NCBI GenBank assembly: GCA_035499295.1
Contig: DATJZG010000150.1
Coordinates: 8,675 to 72,674, forward strand
Direction: 5' to 3'
Source of the DNA: Anaeromyxobacteraceae bacterium
GTDB taxonomy: Bacteria; Myxococcota; Myxococcia; Myxococcales; Anaeromyxobacteraceae
DNA length: 64,000 bases
Positions 37,063 through 46,355 of this stretch are shown in pieces. How positions within the stretch are numbered: the first letter of the stretch is position 1; each line of letters starts with the position of its first letter. The notes under the pieces were generated by a model. It had not been told where the DNA came from, ran no database searches, and saw only the letters and a list, made by a program, of their open reading frames with translations. The translations under genes and the position numbers were made by a program.

Positions 37063-38112
37063 ATGGAGACCGGAAGGGTGAGGCTCACCACCCTGTCGCA
37101 CGGGGCGGGTTGAGCCTGCAAGATCCGCCCCGCGGACTTGGCGCAGGTCCTGCGCCGGCTGCCGAAGGTGGAGGATGCGCGCGCGCTCGTCGGGCACGAG
37201 ACGCGCGACGACGCCGCCGTGTACCGCCTCTCCGCCACCGAGGCGGTGGTGGAGACGGCGGACTTCTTCACCCCGGTGGTCGACGACCCCTACTGGTTCG
37301 GGCGCATCGCCGCCGCCAACGCCTTCTCCGACATCTGGGCCATGGGCGCCCGGCCGCTCTTCGCCCTCAACCTCGTCTGTTTCCCGGCGAGGCAGCTGCC
37401 GCTCGAGGTGCTCGGCGAGATCCTGCGCGGCGGCTCGGAGGCCGCCGCCTTGGCCGGCGCCCCGGTCCTCGGCGGGCACAGCATCGACGACCCCGAGCCC
37501 AAGTACGGCATGGCGGTGACGGGCATCGTCCACCCCGACCGCATCCTGCGAAACGTGGGCGCCCGCCCGGGCGACCAGCTCCTCCTGACGAAGCCGCTCG
37601 GCTCGGGCATCCTCACCACCGCCATCAAGCGCGGCACCGCCAGCGCCGCGGAGGTGGAGCTCGTCACCGGAGTGATGGCCGAGCTCAACCGGGCCGCGGG
37701 CGAGGTCCTGGCGGCGAGCGGCGCCGTCTCGGCCCTCACCGACGTCACCGGCTTCGGGCTCCTCGGCCACGCCTGGGAGATGGCGGAGGGCTCGCGCGCT
37801 CGGCTCCGCATCGAGGCGGCGCGGGTGCCGGTCCTGCCGGGGGTCCGGGAGCTGGCGGAGAGAGACGTGGTGCCCGGCGGGAGCAAGGCCAACCTGGAGT
37901 GGGTCCGGCCCCACGTGCGCTTCGGGAAGGGGATCGACCGGACCACCGAGCTCGTGCTCGCCGACGCCCAGACGAACGGCGGGCTGCTCGCCGCGGTGCG
38001 CGCGGAGAAGCTTCCCGGTCTCCTGCAGGAGCTCGCCGGGCGGGGCGTCCGGGCCGAGCGCGTGGGCGAGGTGCGGGACGCGCCCGAGGAGGCGGTGCTC
38101 GAGGTGGCCTAG
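37063..38112 (+). CDS. selD: Selenide, water dikinase SelD with in-frame UGA (Sec) at codon 17
   Basis: From the ATG at 37063 the frame reads METGRVRLTTLSHGAG-TGA(37111-37113)-ACKIRPADLAQVL, in frame with the ORF-track protein that starts at 37138. The GAG[C/U]xCK active-site loop is the known Cys/Sec position of SelD. The rest of the protein (DDAAVY, DFFTPVVDDPY.FG.IAA.NA.SDI.AMG, GGHSIDD, TD.TGFGLLGH) is canonical. Confidence 0.85.
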
Positions 38113-38141
38113 GGTGCCGTCCGGCCGTAGAATTCCTGGCG

Positions 38142-38903
38142 ATGCTCTGGGCACTCGCGGCCGCGCTGGCCCTCGCCGCGCCGAAGCCGAAGGCCCCGCC
38201 GCCGACCCCGGTCTTGGTGGCGATCGATCCCGGCCACGGCGGGGAGAGGGAGGGTGCGGTCTCCGCCGACGGGGCGGCGGAGAAGGACCTCACCCTCCAG
38301 ATCGCCCGGCGGCTGAAGGCGAGGCTCGAGCGGCTCGGGGCCCGGGTCCTGCTGACGAGGAGCGGCGACGACTCGGTGCCGCTCGCCCAGCGGGCCGCGC
38401 TCGCCAACGCCGAGAGGGCCGACGTCTTCGTCTCCATCCACCTGAACGCCATGCCCGGGGCCGCCCGCAAGCGGGCCCGCGGCTTCGAGACCTACTTCCT
38501 CTCGGCCGACGCGAGCGACGCCTCGGCGACCGCGGTGGCGGCGCGCGAGAACGCCGACCGCCTCTCGGGCGAGCCCGAGGTGGACTCCTCCGACGCCGTG
38601 GCCGGGATCCTCGCCGACCTGGAGGACACCGCCAACCTCTCCGAGAGCTCGCGTCTCGCCTACACCCTGCACGAGTCCCTGCTCCGGGGCACCGGCGGCG
38701 AGGACCGCGGGGTGAAGCAGGCCCCCTTCTACGTGCTCGCCGGGGCGAGGATGCCGGCGGTGCTCCTCGAGCTCGGGTTCCTCTCCCACCCGGCCGAGGC
38801 TCGGCTGCTCCGGAGCGCCTCGTACCAGGACGCGCTGGCTCGGGCCATCGCCGACGGGATCCTCGCCTGGCGCCTCCGCGGAAGGCGCGCGGCGCTGCCG
38901 TAG
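38142..38903 (+). CDS. N-acetylmuramoyl-L-alanine amidase (Amidase_3 family)
   Basis: It has a signal peptide. [25 protein letters not shown] and [13 protein letters not shown] are present. This is the internal ATG of the 37110-38903 frame. Confidence 0.85.
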   Translation: MLWALAAALALAAPKPKAPPPTPVLVAIDPGHGGEREGAVSADGAAEKDLTLQIARRLKARLERLGARVLLTRSGDDSVPLAQRAALANAERADVFVSIHLNAMPGAARKRARGFETYFLSADASDASATAVAARENADRLSGEPEVDSSDAVAGILADLEDTANLSESSRLAYTLHESLLRGTGGEDRGVKQAPFYVLAGARMPAVLLELGFLSHPAEARLLRSASYQDALARAIADGILAWRLRGRRAALP

Positions 38904-38934
38904 GCGGACGCTGCCCTCCCGGCGCGCGCGGGTT

Positions 38935-39663
38935 ATGATGCCCGGCCCTATGCGCGCCCAAGGCCGACGTCCGGAAGATCTCCGCCCCGTCTCGCTCGAG
39001 GTGAACGTGTCGAAGCACGCCGAGGGCTCCTGCCTGGCGCGCTTCGGCGACACCCAGGTGCTCTGCACCGCCTCCATCGAGGGACGGGTGCCCCCCCATG
39101 TCCTCGGCACCGGTGCCGGCTGGGTCACCGCCGAGTACGGCATGCTGCCGCGCTCCACCCACGAGCGCATGCAGCGCGAGGCCTCGCGCGGCAAGCAGGG
39201 CGGGCGAACGCTCGAGATCCAGCGGCTGGTGGGGCGGGCGCTCCGCGCCTCCGTTGACCTGCGCGACCTCGGCCAGCGGACCATCACCATCGACTGCGAC
39301 GTCATCCAGGCGGACGGCGGCACGCGCACCGCCGCCATCACCGGCGGCTTCGTGGCCCTCGCCCTTGCCACCCGGCGGCTGCGCCGGGACGCGGTGGTGG
39401 CGCGGGACCCGGTGCGGCGCCAGGTGGCGGCGGTGAGCGTGGGCATCGTCGACGGCGAGGTCCGCCTCGACCTCGACTACGAGGAGGACTCGACCGCCGA
39501 GGTGGACATGAACGTGGTGGCCACCGGCGAGCTCGAGCTCGTCGAGGTCCAGGGCACGGCCGAGGGGAAGGCCTTCGGGCGCCCGCTGCTCGACCGCATG
39601 CTCGACGCGGCACTGCGGGGGATCGCCGAGCTCAAGGCCGCGCAGCAGCGAGCGCTCCAGTAG
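38935..39663 (+). CDS. rph: Ribonuclease PH
   Basis: [40 protein letters not shown] and [18 protein letters not shown] are present. The start could be 38950. Confidence 0.9.
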   Translation: MMPGPMRAQGRRPEDLRPVSLEVNVSKHAEGSCLARFGDTQVLCTASIEGRVPPHVLGTGAGWVTAEYGMLPRSTHERMQREASRGKQGGRTLEIQRLVGRALRASVDLRDLGQRTITIDCDVIQADGGTRTAAITGGFVALALATRRLRRDAVVARDPVRRQVAAVSVGIVDGEVRLDLDYEEDSTAEVDMNVVATGELELVEVQGTAEGKAFGRPLLDRMLDAALRGIAELKAAQQRALQ

Positions 39664-39674
39664 GCCGGGACCCG

Positions 39675-40304
39675 ATGGACCTCCTCTTCGGAACGCGGAA
39701 CCCGGGGAAACTGAGGGAGCTGCGACGCCTGGTCGCCGGCCTTCCCATCCGAGTCCTCTCGCTCGACGACCTTCCAGCGGAGGTGGGGGAGGTGGTCGAG
39801 GACGGGAGCACCTTCGCGGAGAACGCCCGCAAGAAGGCGTCCGCCTACGCGCGCGCCTCCGGCCTCCACGCCGTGGCCGACGACTCGGGCCTGTGCGTCG
39901 ACGCGCTCTGGGGCAAACCCGGGATCCACTCGGCGCGCTACTCGGAGGAGCAGGCCCCCGGCCTCTCCGGTCGCGAGCGGGACCGGGCGAACAACGAGAA
40001 GCTGCTCTTCGTGCTGCGGGGCGTCTTCCCCGAGCACCGGGGAGGGGAGTACCGCGCCGTGGTGGCGCTCGCGGCCCCCGACGGGACCGTCGTCGCCGCC
40101 GAGGAGGGCTCGTGCCGGGGGGTGATCGGGGAAGATCCGCGCGGGGAGGAGGGATTCGGCTACGACCCCGTCTTCTCGCCGGAGGCCGCCCCGGGCCGGA
40201 CCATGGCGGAGCTCACCGCCGCGGAAAAGGACGCCCTCTCCCACCGGGGCGAGGCCATGCGCAAGCTCATCCCCAAGCTGCGCGAGGTCGCGGCGACCCT
40301 TTGA
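39675..40304 (+). CDS. rdgB: Non-canonical purine NTP pyrophosphatase (RdgB/HAM1)
   Basis: TRNPGKLRE, EDGSTF.ENA..KA, ADDSGLCVDAL.G.PG..SAR, GFGYDP.F and SHRG.A are present. Confidence 0.9.
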   Translation: MDLLFGTRNPGKLRELRRLVAGLPIRVLSLDDLPAEVGEVVEDGSTFAENARKKASAYARASGLHAVADDSGLCVDALWGKPGIHSARYSEEQAPGLSGRERDRANNEKLLFVLRGVFPEHRGGEYRAVVALAAPDGTVVAAEEGSCRGVIGEDPRGEEGFGYDPVFSPEAAPGRTMAELTAAEKDALSHRGEAMRKLIPKLREVAATL

Positions 40305-40329
40305 CAAAACCGGGGCGGGGCGCTAGACA
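40301..40329 (+). promoter_or_regulatory. sigma70-like promoter TTGACA-N17-TAGACA upstream of the tRNA cluster
   Basis: Hexamers at 40301-40306 (overlapping the rdgB stop) and 40324-40329, about 50 nt before tRNA-Pro. Confidence 0.45.
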
Positions 40330-40379
40330 CGGCCCTCTCGGAACGGGGCCGGAGGGTACGCGTCTCCCCGAGTGGTTTC

Positions 40380-40453
40380 CGGGGCGTAGCGCAGCCTGGT
40401 AGCGCGCCTGCCTTGGGCGCAGGAGGTCGCGGGTCCAAATCCCGCCGCCCCGA
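40380..40453 (+). tRNA. tRNA-Pro (anticodon TGG)
   Basis: Hand-folded cloverleaf. Acceptor is CGGGGCG/CGCCCCG, D arm GCGC/GCGC, anticodon stem CCTGC/GCAGG with loop CTTGGGC, and T arm GCGGG-TCCAAAT-CCCGC. No encoded CCA. Confidence 0.9.
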
Positions 40454-40526
40454 CTCTTTGACATGTGGATCGGATGGACGGGGCGGACGAGGGCCCCGGG
40501 GCAAGTGGTACAACGACATCGGCTCT

Positions 40527-40600
40527 GCGCCCGTAGCTCAGCTGGATAGAGCAGCGGCCTTCTAAGCCGCGGGTCGGGGGTTCGACTCCCTCCGGGCGCG
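40527..40600 (+). tRNA. tRNA-Arg (anticodon TCT)
   Basis: Acceptor is GCGCCCG/CGGGCGC, anticodon stem GCGGC/GCCGC with loop CTTCTAA, and T arm GGGGG-TTCGACT-CCCTC. Confidence 0.9.
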
Positions 40601-40629
40601 CTCCCTAGGAGGGGCCTCGAAAGAAATGT

Positions 40630-40703
40630 GGTGAGTGTAGCTCAATCGGTAGAGCACTGGACTGTGGATCCGGGGGTTAAGGGTTCGAGCCCCTTCACTC
40701 ACC
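40630..40703 (+). tRNA. tRNA-His (anticodon GTG) with encoded G-1
   Basis: An extra 5' G precedes the acceptor GTGAGTG/CACTCAC and can pair with discriminator C. The anticodon loop is CTGTGGA and the T arm is AAGGG-TTCGAGC-CCCTT. Confidence 0.9.
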
Positions 40704-40740
40704 CACCTCATTCACGAACCGAGAAAGAGAGACGACGTTC

Positions 40741-40814
40741 GCGCCCGTAGCTCAGTTGGATAGAGCGTCGGCCTTCGAAGCCGCAGGTCGGGGGTTCGAT
40801 TCCCTCCGGGCGCG
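40741..40814 (+). tRNA. tRNA-Arg (anticodon TCG)
   Basis: The acceptor and T-stem arms match the Arg-TCT gene. The anticodon loop is CTTCGAA. Confidence 0.9.
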
Positions 40815-40852
40815 CTCCACCCTCGAAGGAGGAAAAAGGCGAGGAACGGCCG

Positions 40853-40881
40853 TTGACAAGGCGCGCTTCGCGCTGTTAGAT
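40853..40881 (+). promoter_or_regulatory. sigma70-like promoter TTGACA-N17-TTAGAT upstream of tRNA-Lys
   Basis: Hexamers at 40853-40858 and 40876-40881, 26 nt before the tRNA-Lys 5' end. Confidence 0.4.
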
Positions 40882-40906
40882 CCGCCGCCTTTCGGCCATC
40901 CCATCC

Positions 40907-40982
40907 GGGCGCATAGCTCAACTGGCAGAGCAATGGACTCTTAATCCATAGGTTGAAGGTTCGATTCCTTCTGCGCTCACCA
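40907..40982 (+). tRNA. tRNA-Lys (anticodon CTT), CCA encoded
   Basis: Acceptor is GGGCGCA/TGCGCTC (one G-U pair), anticodon stem ATGGA/TCCAT with loop CTCTTAA, and T arm GAAGG-TTCGATT-CCTTC. It ends in ACCA. Confidence 0.9.
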
Positions 40983-41011
40983 AAATCCACTCCGACCGAA
41001 GTGGTTACTCG

Positions 41012-41046
41012 GCCCCCTGCGGAGTTCCCAGGGGGCTTCGTATTTT
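41012..41046 (+). terminator. Rho-independent terminator after the tRNA cluster
   Basis: The 8-bp stem is GCCCCCTG/CAGGGGGC with a 9-nt loop, followed by TTCGTATTTT. Confidence 0.65.
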
Positions 41047-41548
41047 CCGGGCGGCCAAGCGAGCGCGGGGCGTACCCTGCGCGGAGCCGGAGGCCCGCCG
41101 AGCCGCGGGCGGGCGACGGTTCCGCTCTCTCCGTGCGCGCCCGCGCCCGGTGGGCTCGAGTGCTGGCAGCGCCGCCGGAGGTGGTCTCACCGCCGCGAGG
41201 GCCATCGAGAATGGCGAAGGAGATCGCCGTCGAACGGTGAGGGTCGGCCTCTGGCAGGGCGCGCTCGCGGCCGGGCCGTCCCTCCCGCTGTGCCTGGTCC
41301 TGGCGGCCCGGGCCTCGACCCTGGGACGATCTTCCCCTTTTTCGCGGCCCTGACGACCTCCGCGGCCGCGTGCCGGGTCGCGGCCGCCCCGCGCCGCGGG
41401 TCCGGTCCTTGGCACGGAAGGGGCGCGTCGCTCCTGCGTTGACGGGCATCAAGCCGGGTGCGCCGCGCCCCGTGATACGCGTTGAGTGAACTGGGTTCCG
41501 GTCCGTCGGGTCACCCCCTGCGCTGAGCCCGGGTCGGGAGGAGCGCCC

Positions 41549-43924
41549 ATGTTCCCCTTGCGTGCCCGGCGGGGTGCGGTTCTCGCCGCTCTTCGGAGCT
41601 CCGGCGATCGTTTGCGGGGGGCGGCGGCGCCCCTTGCGATCCTGGCGGCGGCAGGGCTCCTGGGCGCCTGTGGCGGGTCGGCGGCGCCGAGCATGTCGCT
41701 CTCTCCCCACCAGGTCGAGGTGACCGCGAGCCTGTCGGACCCCGCGCCCACGGCGACGGTGACCATCACCGTCAAGAACATGCCGAAGTCGAACCTCTAC
41801 ATCGGCGACGAGAACACCAGCAACGGCATCGCCAGCGTGACCGAGGGAGGCACCTCGGGGAACACCGCCACGGTGGTCATCACCTTCAAGCCGCCGGCCT
41901 CCCTCGGCGTCGGCACCTACGACGACAGCGTGGCGCTGGCGGTCTGCAACGACTCGCAATGCACGAGCCAGATCGCGAGCAGCCCGCAGACGGTGGCGGT
42001 CACCTACGTGGTGACCGGGGGGGCCGGCGGGACTGGGCCGTCGATCACCTCGCTCTCGCCGAGCAGCGCGACGGTCGGCACCCCGGCGTTCGTGCTCTCC
42101 GTCTTCGGGAACGGGTTCGGTGCCTCGTCGGTGGTGGAGTGGAACGGGAGCCCTCTCTCGACGACCTTCGTGTCCACGACGGAGCTCACCGCGCAGGTCC
42201 CGGCGAGCGACGTGGCCACCACCGGGACCGCCTCGGTGACGGTCTCGAACGGCGCCTCGGGAACGTCCGACCCGGCGACCTTCTTCGTGCAGTCGGGGGT
42301 GCCCCTCATGCTCGCCTCGGTCTCCCCGAGCACCGTCCAGGCGGGCGGAGCAGGGTTCGTGCTCACCGCGACCGGCACGGGCTTCGACCCCTCCTGCAGC
42401 GTGGAGTGGAACGGCACCAGCCGCCCCACGACCTACGTGTCCTCCACTCAGCTGACCGCCCAGATCGGGGCCGCCGACATCGCCGGTGCCGGCAATGGAA
42501 ACGTCGCCGTGGCGAGCCCCTCGGGCGGCGCCTCGAACTCCGTCGTCCTCACCATCGAGCCGCCGGTGCCGCTCGCCCTCACCCGCATCCGGCCGTCCTC
42601 GGTGACGGCCGGGGGCCCGGCCTTCACCCTCGCGGCCATCGGCGCCGGCTTCCCCGTCGGGGCCACGGTCGAGGTGAACGGCTCCCCCCGGCCCACCACC
42701 TACGTCTCCCCCACCGAGCTCACCGCGCAGCTCTCGGCCTCCGACATCGCGACCGCCGGGACGGCTTCGATCGCGGTGCAAGGACAGGGAACGACGTCCG
42801 CGGACCTCACCTTGACCATCGGCCCGGCCAGCGCGGATGCGGTCGCCCTGCAGATCACGCCGGGACACGGCGGGGCCATCAACCTTCAGTCGGTGGCATT
42901 CCCGGCGACGACCACCTGGACCGTCGACCTGGGCGGGCCCCCCTCGTACGCCCTCATCGCAGACGGCCTGGTGTACGTGACGGTGTACCTTTCCGGAAAC
43001 AGCCAGCTCGTGGCGCTCGACCAGGGGACGGGAGCCGTCGCCTGGGGGCCCATCCCCATCGCCGGCGCGGCCAACGCCGCCTACGACGCGGGCACCGTGT
43101 TCGTCGTGTCCGGGAGCATGACCCTCTCCGGGTTCATGCAGGCCTTCGACGGCGCCACGGGGGCGTCGATCTGGAGCGCGATCCTGCCCGGCCAGTGGTC
43201 CTTCTCCTCCGGGCCCACCGCGCTGAACGGGCTCGTCTACACCGGTGGCGCCGGGGAGGGCGGGACGCTCTACGCCCTCGAGGAGGCCACCGGCGCCCTC
43301 GCCTGGACCCAGCCGGTCGCGAACGGCGATTCGAGCACGCCGGCCGTCACCGCCGACGGGGTCTACGTCGCCTATCCGTACCAGACCTACGACTTCAACC
43401 CGGCGACGGGCACTCCGGTCTGGCACAACAACGGGGGCGGCGACGGGGGCGGAGGCGGAACGCCGGTCGTCGCCAACGGCCTCCTCTACGCGCCGAACGG
43501 ATTCGGGAGCTACAGCGGCACCGTCTTCGACGCGGAGAAGGGCACGGTTCTCCAGACCTACGTGGCCGACAACCTTCCGGCGATCGGCGCCCAGCTGGGC
43601 TACTTCCTCCAGAGCGGGACCCTGCGCGGGGTGAAGCTCGCGACCAGCACGGTCGTCTGGAGCTTCGCGGGCGACGGGACGCTCGTCACCTCGCCCATCG
43701 CGGTGAACCAGTACGTGCTCGTCGGCTCCTCGTCGGGCAACCTCTACGCGCTCGACGGGACCTCGGGGAGCGTGGTCTGGTCCGCGAACCTGGGCGCCGC
43801 CCTGCCGGCCGGCGCCGGCTGGGGCGCGCGCATGCCGCTCTCCGGCCTCGCGGCCGGCGACGGCCTCCTCGTCGTTCCTGCGGGAACGAGGCTCACGGCC
43901 TTCAAGCTCTCCACGAGCCCCTGA
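41549..43924 (+). CDS. Lipoprotein: Ig-like domain + three IPT/TIG-like repeats + PQQ/BamB-like beta-propeller
   Basis: ATG at 41549 after GGGAGGAG. Lipobox is LLGAC|GG. There are three repeats of about 88 aa (..SP S.V.AG.P.F.L...G.GF....VEWNG....TT.VS.T.LTAQ....DIA..G...V.V). Recurring propeller blades are L(V/Y)ALD..TG.V.W. Confidence 0.8.
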   Translation: MFPLRARRGAVLAALRSSGDRLRGAAAPLAILAAAGLLGACGGSAAPSMSLSPHQVEVTASLSDPAPTATVTITVKNMPKSNLYIGDENTSNGIASVTEGGTSGNTATVVITFKPPASLGVGTYDDSVALAVCNDSQCTSQIASSPQTVAVTYVVTGGAGGTGPSITSLSPSSATVGTPAFVLSVFGNGFGASSVVEWNGSPLSTTFVSTTELTAQVPASDVATTGTASVTVSNGASGTSDPATFFVQSGVPLMLASVSPSTVQAGGAGFVLTATGTGFDPSCSVEWNGTSRPTTYVSSTQLTAQIGAADIAGAGNGNVAVASPSGGASNSVVLTIEPPVPLALTRIRPSSVTAGGPAFTLAAIGAGFPVGATVEVNGSPRPTTYVSPTELTAQLSASDIATAGTASIAVQGQGTTSADLTLTIGPASADAVALQITPGHGGAINLQSVAFPATTTWTVDLGGPPSYALIADGLVYVTVYLSGNSQLVALDQGTGAVAWGPIPIAGAANAAYDAGTVFVVSGSMTLSGFMQAFDGATGASIWSAILPGQWSFSSGPTALNGLVYTGGAGEGGTLYALEEATGALAWTQPVANGDSSTPAVTADGVYVAYPYQTYDFNPATGTPVWHNNGGGDGGGGGTPVVANGLLYAPNGFGSYSGTVFDAEKGTVLQTYVADNLPAIGAQLGYFLQSGTLRGVKLATSTVVWSFAGDGTLVTSPIAVNQYVLVGSSSGNLYALDGTSGSVVWSANLGAALPAGAGWGARMPLSGLAAGDGLLVVPAGTRLTAFKLSTSP

Positions 43925-44345
43925 GCTCGTCCGAGGAGGACGCCCGGGGGGTAAGGCGGGATCTCGAGGGCGCGTGCGGGCGGCCTGGGGCAGACCTCCT
44001 CGGCTGCCTTCCCGCCCTGGGCGCGAGGCGCGGCGAAAGCGGCCCCGCTGAGACGGCCCGGGAGCGCGCCGGTGCGTCGGTGCGCGCGACCATGAGACCT
44101 CCTCCCGGGGGTTACCAATCGTTTTCTCGGCGCCGGAAGGGGGCCGCTGTCCCACGACCGTGGGCGCCCGAGGTGGGGCTCCCTTGCGTTCGCGCCCCGG
44201 CGAGCCGTGGCTCTCGCCTGCCGGGTCGGCGATCGCGCGGCGCGTCGACCTCGACCGCGACCCCACAGGGCGGCCGCGCATCGGTTGCAATGGCGGGCCG
44301 CCGAAGTTAGCCGAACCTTCTGTTCACCAGCAGAGAGGGCGCCCT

Positions 44346-46355
44346 ATGCGAAAGCTGACCTTGCTCGTGGCGGTGCTCGGCGCCGCCTGCAACTCGGGTA
44401 GCACCAGCGGCGGTGGCGGCGGGGAGAACCAGACCGCGGAGCCGACCTTCAGTCCGCCGGCGGGCACGTACACCACGGCACAGTCGGTGACGATCTCGGC
44501 TGCGGCCGGGGCGACCATCTACTACACCACCAACGGCTCGACGCCGACCACGTCGTCGGCCGTGTACTCGGCCCCGATCTCGGTCACCGCCACCGAGACT
44601 CTCATGGCCATCGCCACGGCGCCCGGCGAGACCGCGAGCAACGTCGCCTCCGCCACCTACACCATCAATCCCAACGCCACCCCGACGGCGACGCCCACCT
44701 TCTCTCCCGCCGCCGGAACCTTCACCTCGGCCCAGTCGGTGACCCTCTCCTGCGCCACGGCCGGTGCCACCATCTACTACACCACCGACGGGACGACGCC
44801 GACCCAGTCGTCCAAGGCCTACTCCGGCGCCATCTCGGTCGGGTCGACCGAGACCTTGAAGGCCGTCGCCACCGCTCCCGGGTTCACCATCAGCGCGGTG
44901 GCCTCCGCCACCTACACCATCAACGTGGCCGCCCAGCCCACCTTCAGCCCGCCGGCCGGGACCTACACCACCGCGCAGTCGGTGACGATCTCGTCGGCGA
45001 CGAGCGGTGCCGCCATCTACTACACGAACGACGGCACCACCCCGACGACCTCCTCGACGCTCTACTCGAGCCCGGTCCTCGTCTCCGCTTCCGAGACCCT
45101 GAACGCCATCGCCACCAAGGCGGGCTACGGCAACAGCCCGGTGGGCACCGCGGCCTACGTCATCAACTCCACCGCCACCCAGGCGGCGACGCCGACGTTC
45201 AGCCCCGCCGCGGGGACCTACACCTCGGCCCAGATGGTCTCGATCTCCTGCAGCACCCCCGGCGCCACCATCTACTTCACCGAGGACGGAACGACCCCGA
45301 CTCCCACCCACGGGGCGGTCTACTCGGGCGCCTTCCAGGTGAGCACCACCACCACCGTCATGGCCATCGCCACCGCCACCGGCTACACCACGAGCAACGT
45401 GGGGAGCGCCACCTACACCATCAACTCCGGGACCACCACCTTCGCGAGCTTCTGCTCGAGCATCTACGGCTCGGCCATCAACATCCTCACCGGCTGCCTG
45501 CACGCCAACCCGTCCGTCTTCACGGGCAGCAACCCCATCCTCAACGACGTCTGCGCGGTGGAGGGCAACGAGGTGACCGCCGGGCGCGCCACCTTCAACG
45601 CCGCCAACGCCGCCGCCTGCGAGTCGGCGGTGACGGGGGAGACCTGCGCCGAGCTCGAGAGCGGGAACATCCCCTCGGTCTGCACGGGCGTGATCGCCGG
45701 GGCGGTCGCGAACGGCGGCTCCTGCTACGTCTCCTTCGACTGCGCGAGCGGGACCTGCAACTCGACCACCAGCACCTGCCCCGGCACGTGCGTCGCCTAT
45801 GCCACCCAGGGCCAGAGCTGCGCCTCGGCCGACTGTGCCCCGGGTCTCGTCTGCAGCTCCACCCTCACCTGCGTGACGCCCTCGGGCGCCGGGGGCGCGT
45901 GTCCGTGCGCGGAGGGGTTCTGGTGCAACTCCGCCGACAAGAGCGGCGGGTCGACCGGGACCTGCACCGCCCAGCAGACGAGCGGCGCCTGCGCAGTCTC
46001 GAACGACCAGTGCGCCCTGGGGTACGTGTGCGCGTCGGCCACCCTCACCTGCCTGCCCTTCGTCGGAAGCGGCGGGAGCTGCACGGCGTCCTCGGACGTC
46101 TGCGGCTACGGGTACCTGTGCGTGAGCGGAACCTGCCAGTCCTGGCCGGGGGCGGGGTCGCCCTGCAGCATCAGCGCGCCCTACTGCCTGGACAGCTTCT
46201 GCAACGTGTTCGCCACCTCGCCCACCTGCACCGCCTATCTCGCGAACGGCGCTTCCTGCAACCCGCTCCTGGGCGGGCTCCAGTGCCAGTCGGGGAACTG
46301 CGTCGGCACCGGGACGACCGGCACCTGCCAGGCGCCTTCGGCCTGCACGCTGTAG
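44346..46355 (+). CDS. Lipoprotein: four chitobiase/hexosaminidase-C-like (Fn3-associated) repeats + roughly 300-aa cysteine-rich C-terminal region
   Basis: Lipobox is VLGAAC|NS. There are four repeats of about 80 aa (PTFSP.AGTYT.AQSVTIS....GATIYYT.DGTTPT.SS..YS..I.V...ETL.AIA...G......ASATYTIN). About 40 Cys follow, in repeated G.SC....C..G..C...TC units. Confidence 0.8.
   Translation: MRKLTLLVAVLGAACNSGSTSGGGGGENQTAEPTFSPPAGTYTTAQSVTISAAAGATIYYTTNGSTPTTSSAVYSAPISVTATETLMAIATAPGETASNVASATYTINPNATPTATPTFSPAAGTFTSAQSVTLSCATAGATIYYTTDGTTPTQSSKAYSGAISVGSTETLKAVATAPGFTISAVASATYTINVAAQPTFSPPAGTYTTAQSVTISSATSGAAIYYTNDGTTPTTSSTLYSSPVLVSASETLNAIATKAGYGNSPVGTAAYVINSTATQAATPTFSPAAGTYTSAQMVSISCSTPGATIYFTEDGTTPTPTHGAVYSGAFQVSTTTTVMAIATATGYTTSNVGSATYTINSGTTTFASFCSSIYGSAINILTGCLHANPSVFTGSNPILNDVCAVEGNEVTAGRATFNAANAAACESAVTGETCAELESGNIPSVCTGVIAGAVANGGSCYVSFDCASGTCNSTTSTCPGTCVAYATQGQSCASADCAPGLVCSSTLTCVTPSGAGGACPCAEGFWCNSADKSGGSTGTCTAQQTSGACAVSNDQCALGYVCASATLTCLPFVGSGGSCTASSDVCGYGYLCVSGTCQSWPGAGSPCSISAPYCLDSFCNVFATSPTCTAYLANGASCNPLLGGLQCQSGNCVGTGTTGTCQAPSACTL

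Noticed and set aside
37138-38112. TTG start for selD as given by the ORF track
   Set aside because: It would delete the conserved N-terminal glycine-rich catalytic loop. The upstream in-frame ATG at 37063, with a UGA at the known Sec/Cys position, explains the sequence better.
40380-40982. Whether one of the clustered tRNAs is tRNA-Sec (selC), given the nearby Sec-containing selD
   Set aside because: All five fold as standard 74-76-nt tRNAs with anticodons TGG, TCT, GTG, TCG and CTT. None has a TCA anticodon, a long variable arm or an 8-bp acceptor stem.
41410-41425. sigma54-like TGGCACGGAAGGGGCG about 125 nt upstream of the IPT/TIG-propeller lipoprotein gene
   Set aside because: The -24 box and the spacing are good, but the -12 box retains only the GC dinucleotide (GGGCG against TTGCA). 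In a genome above 70% GC this can arise by chance. I keep it as a weak possibility only.
40983-41548. Possible small genes in the 570-nt gap after the tRNA cluster, such as 40953-41240 (+), 41005-41415 (-) and a 9-codon ORF at 41211-41240
   Set aside because: They have no RBS, no motifs and Arg/Pro/Ala-rich translations. One of them (40953-41240) overlaps the 3' end of tRNA-Lys. I treat the region as non-coding.
40712-44290. 1192-aa minus-strand ORF in the track. Other very long antisense or alternative-frame ORFs are 44307-49283 (-), 55344-58499 (-), 3602-5989 (-), 23228-25612 (-), 19780-22242 (-), 36037-38154 (-), 8889-10964 (-) and 19368-22019 (+).
   Set aside because: These are typical high-GC shadow frames. 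Their translations are dominated by Arg, Gly, Pro and Ala and carry no motifs. They run antisense to, or out of frame with, genes that have clear family signatures. The first one even spans four tRNA genes.
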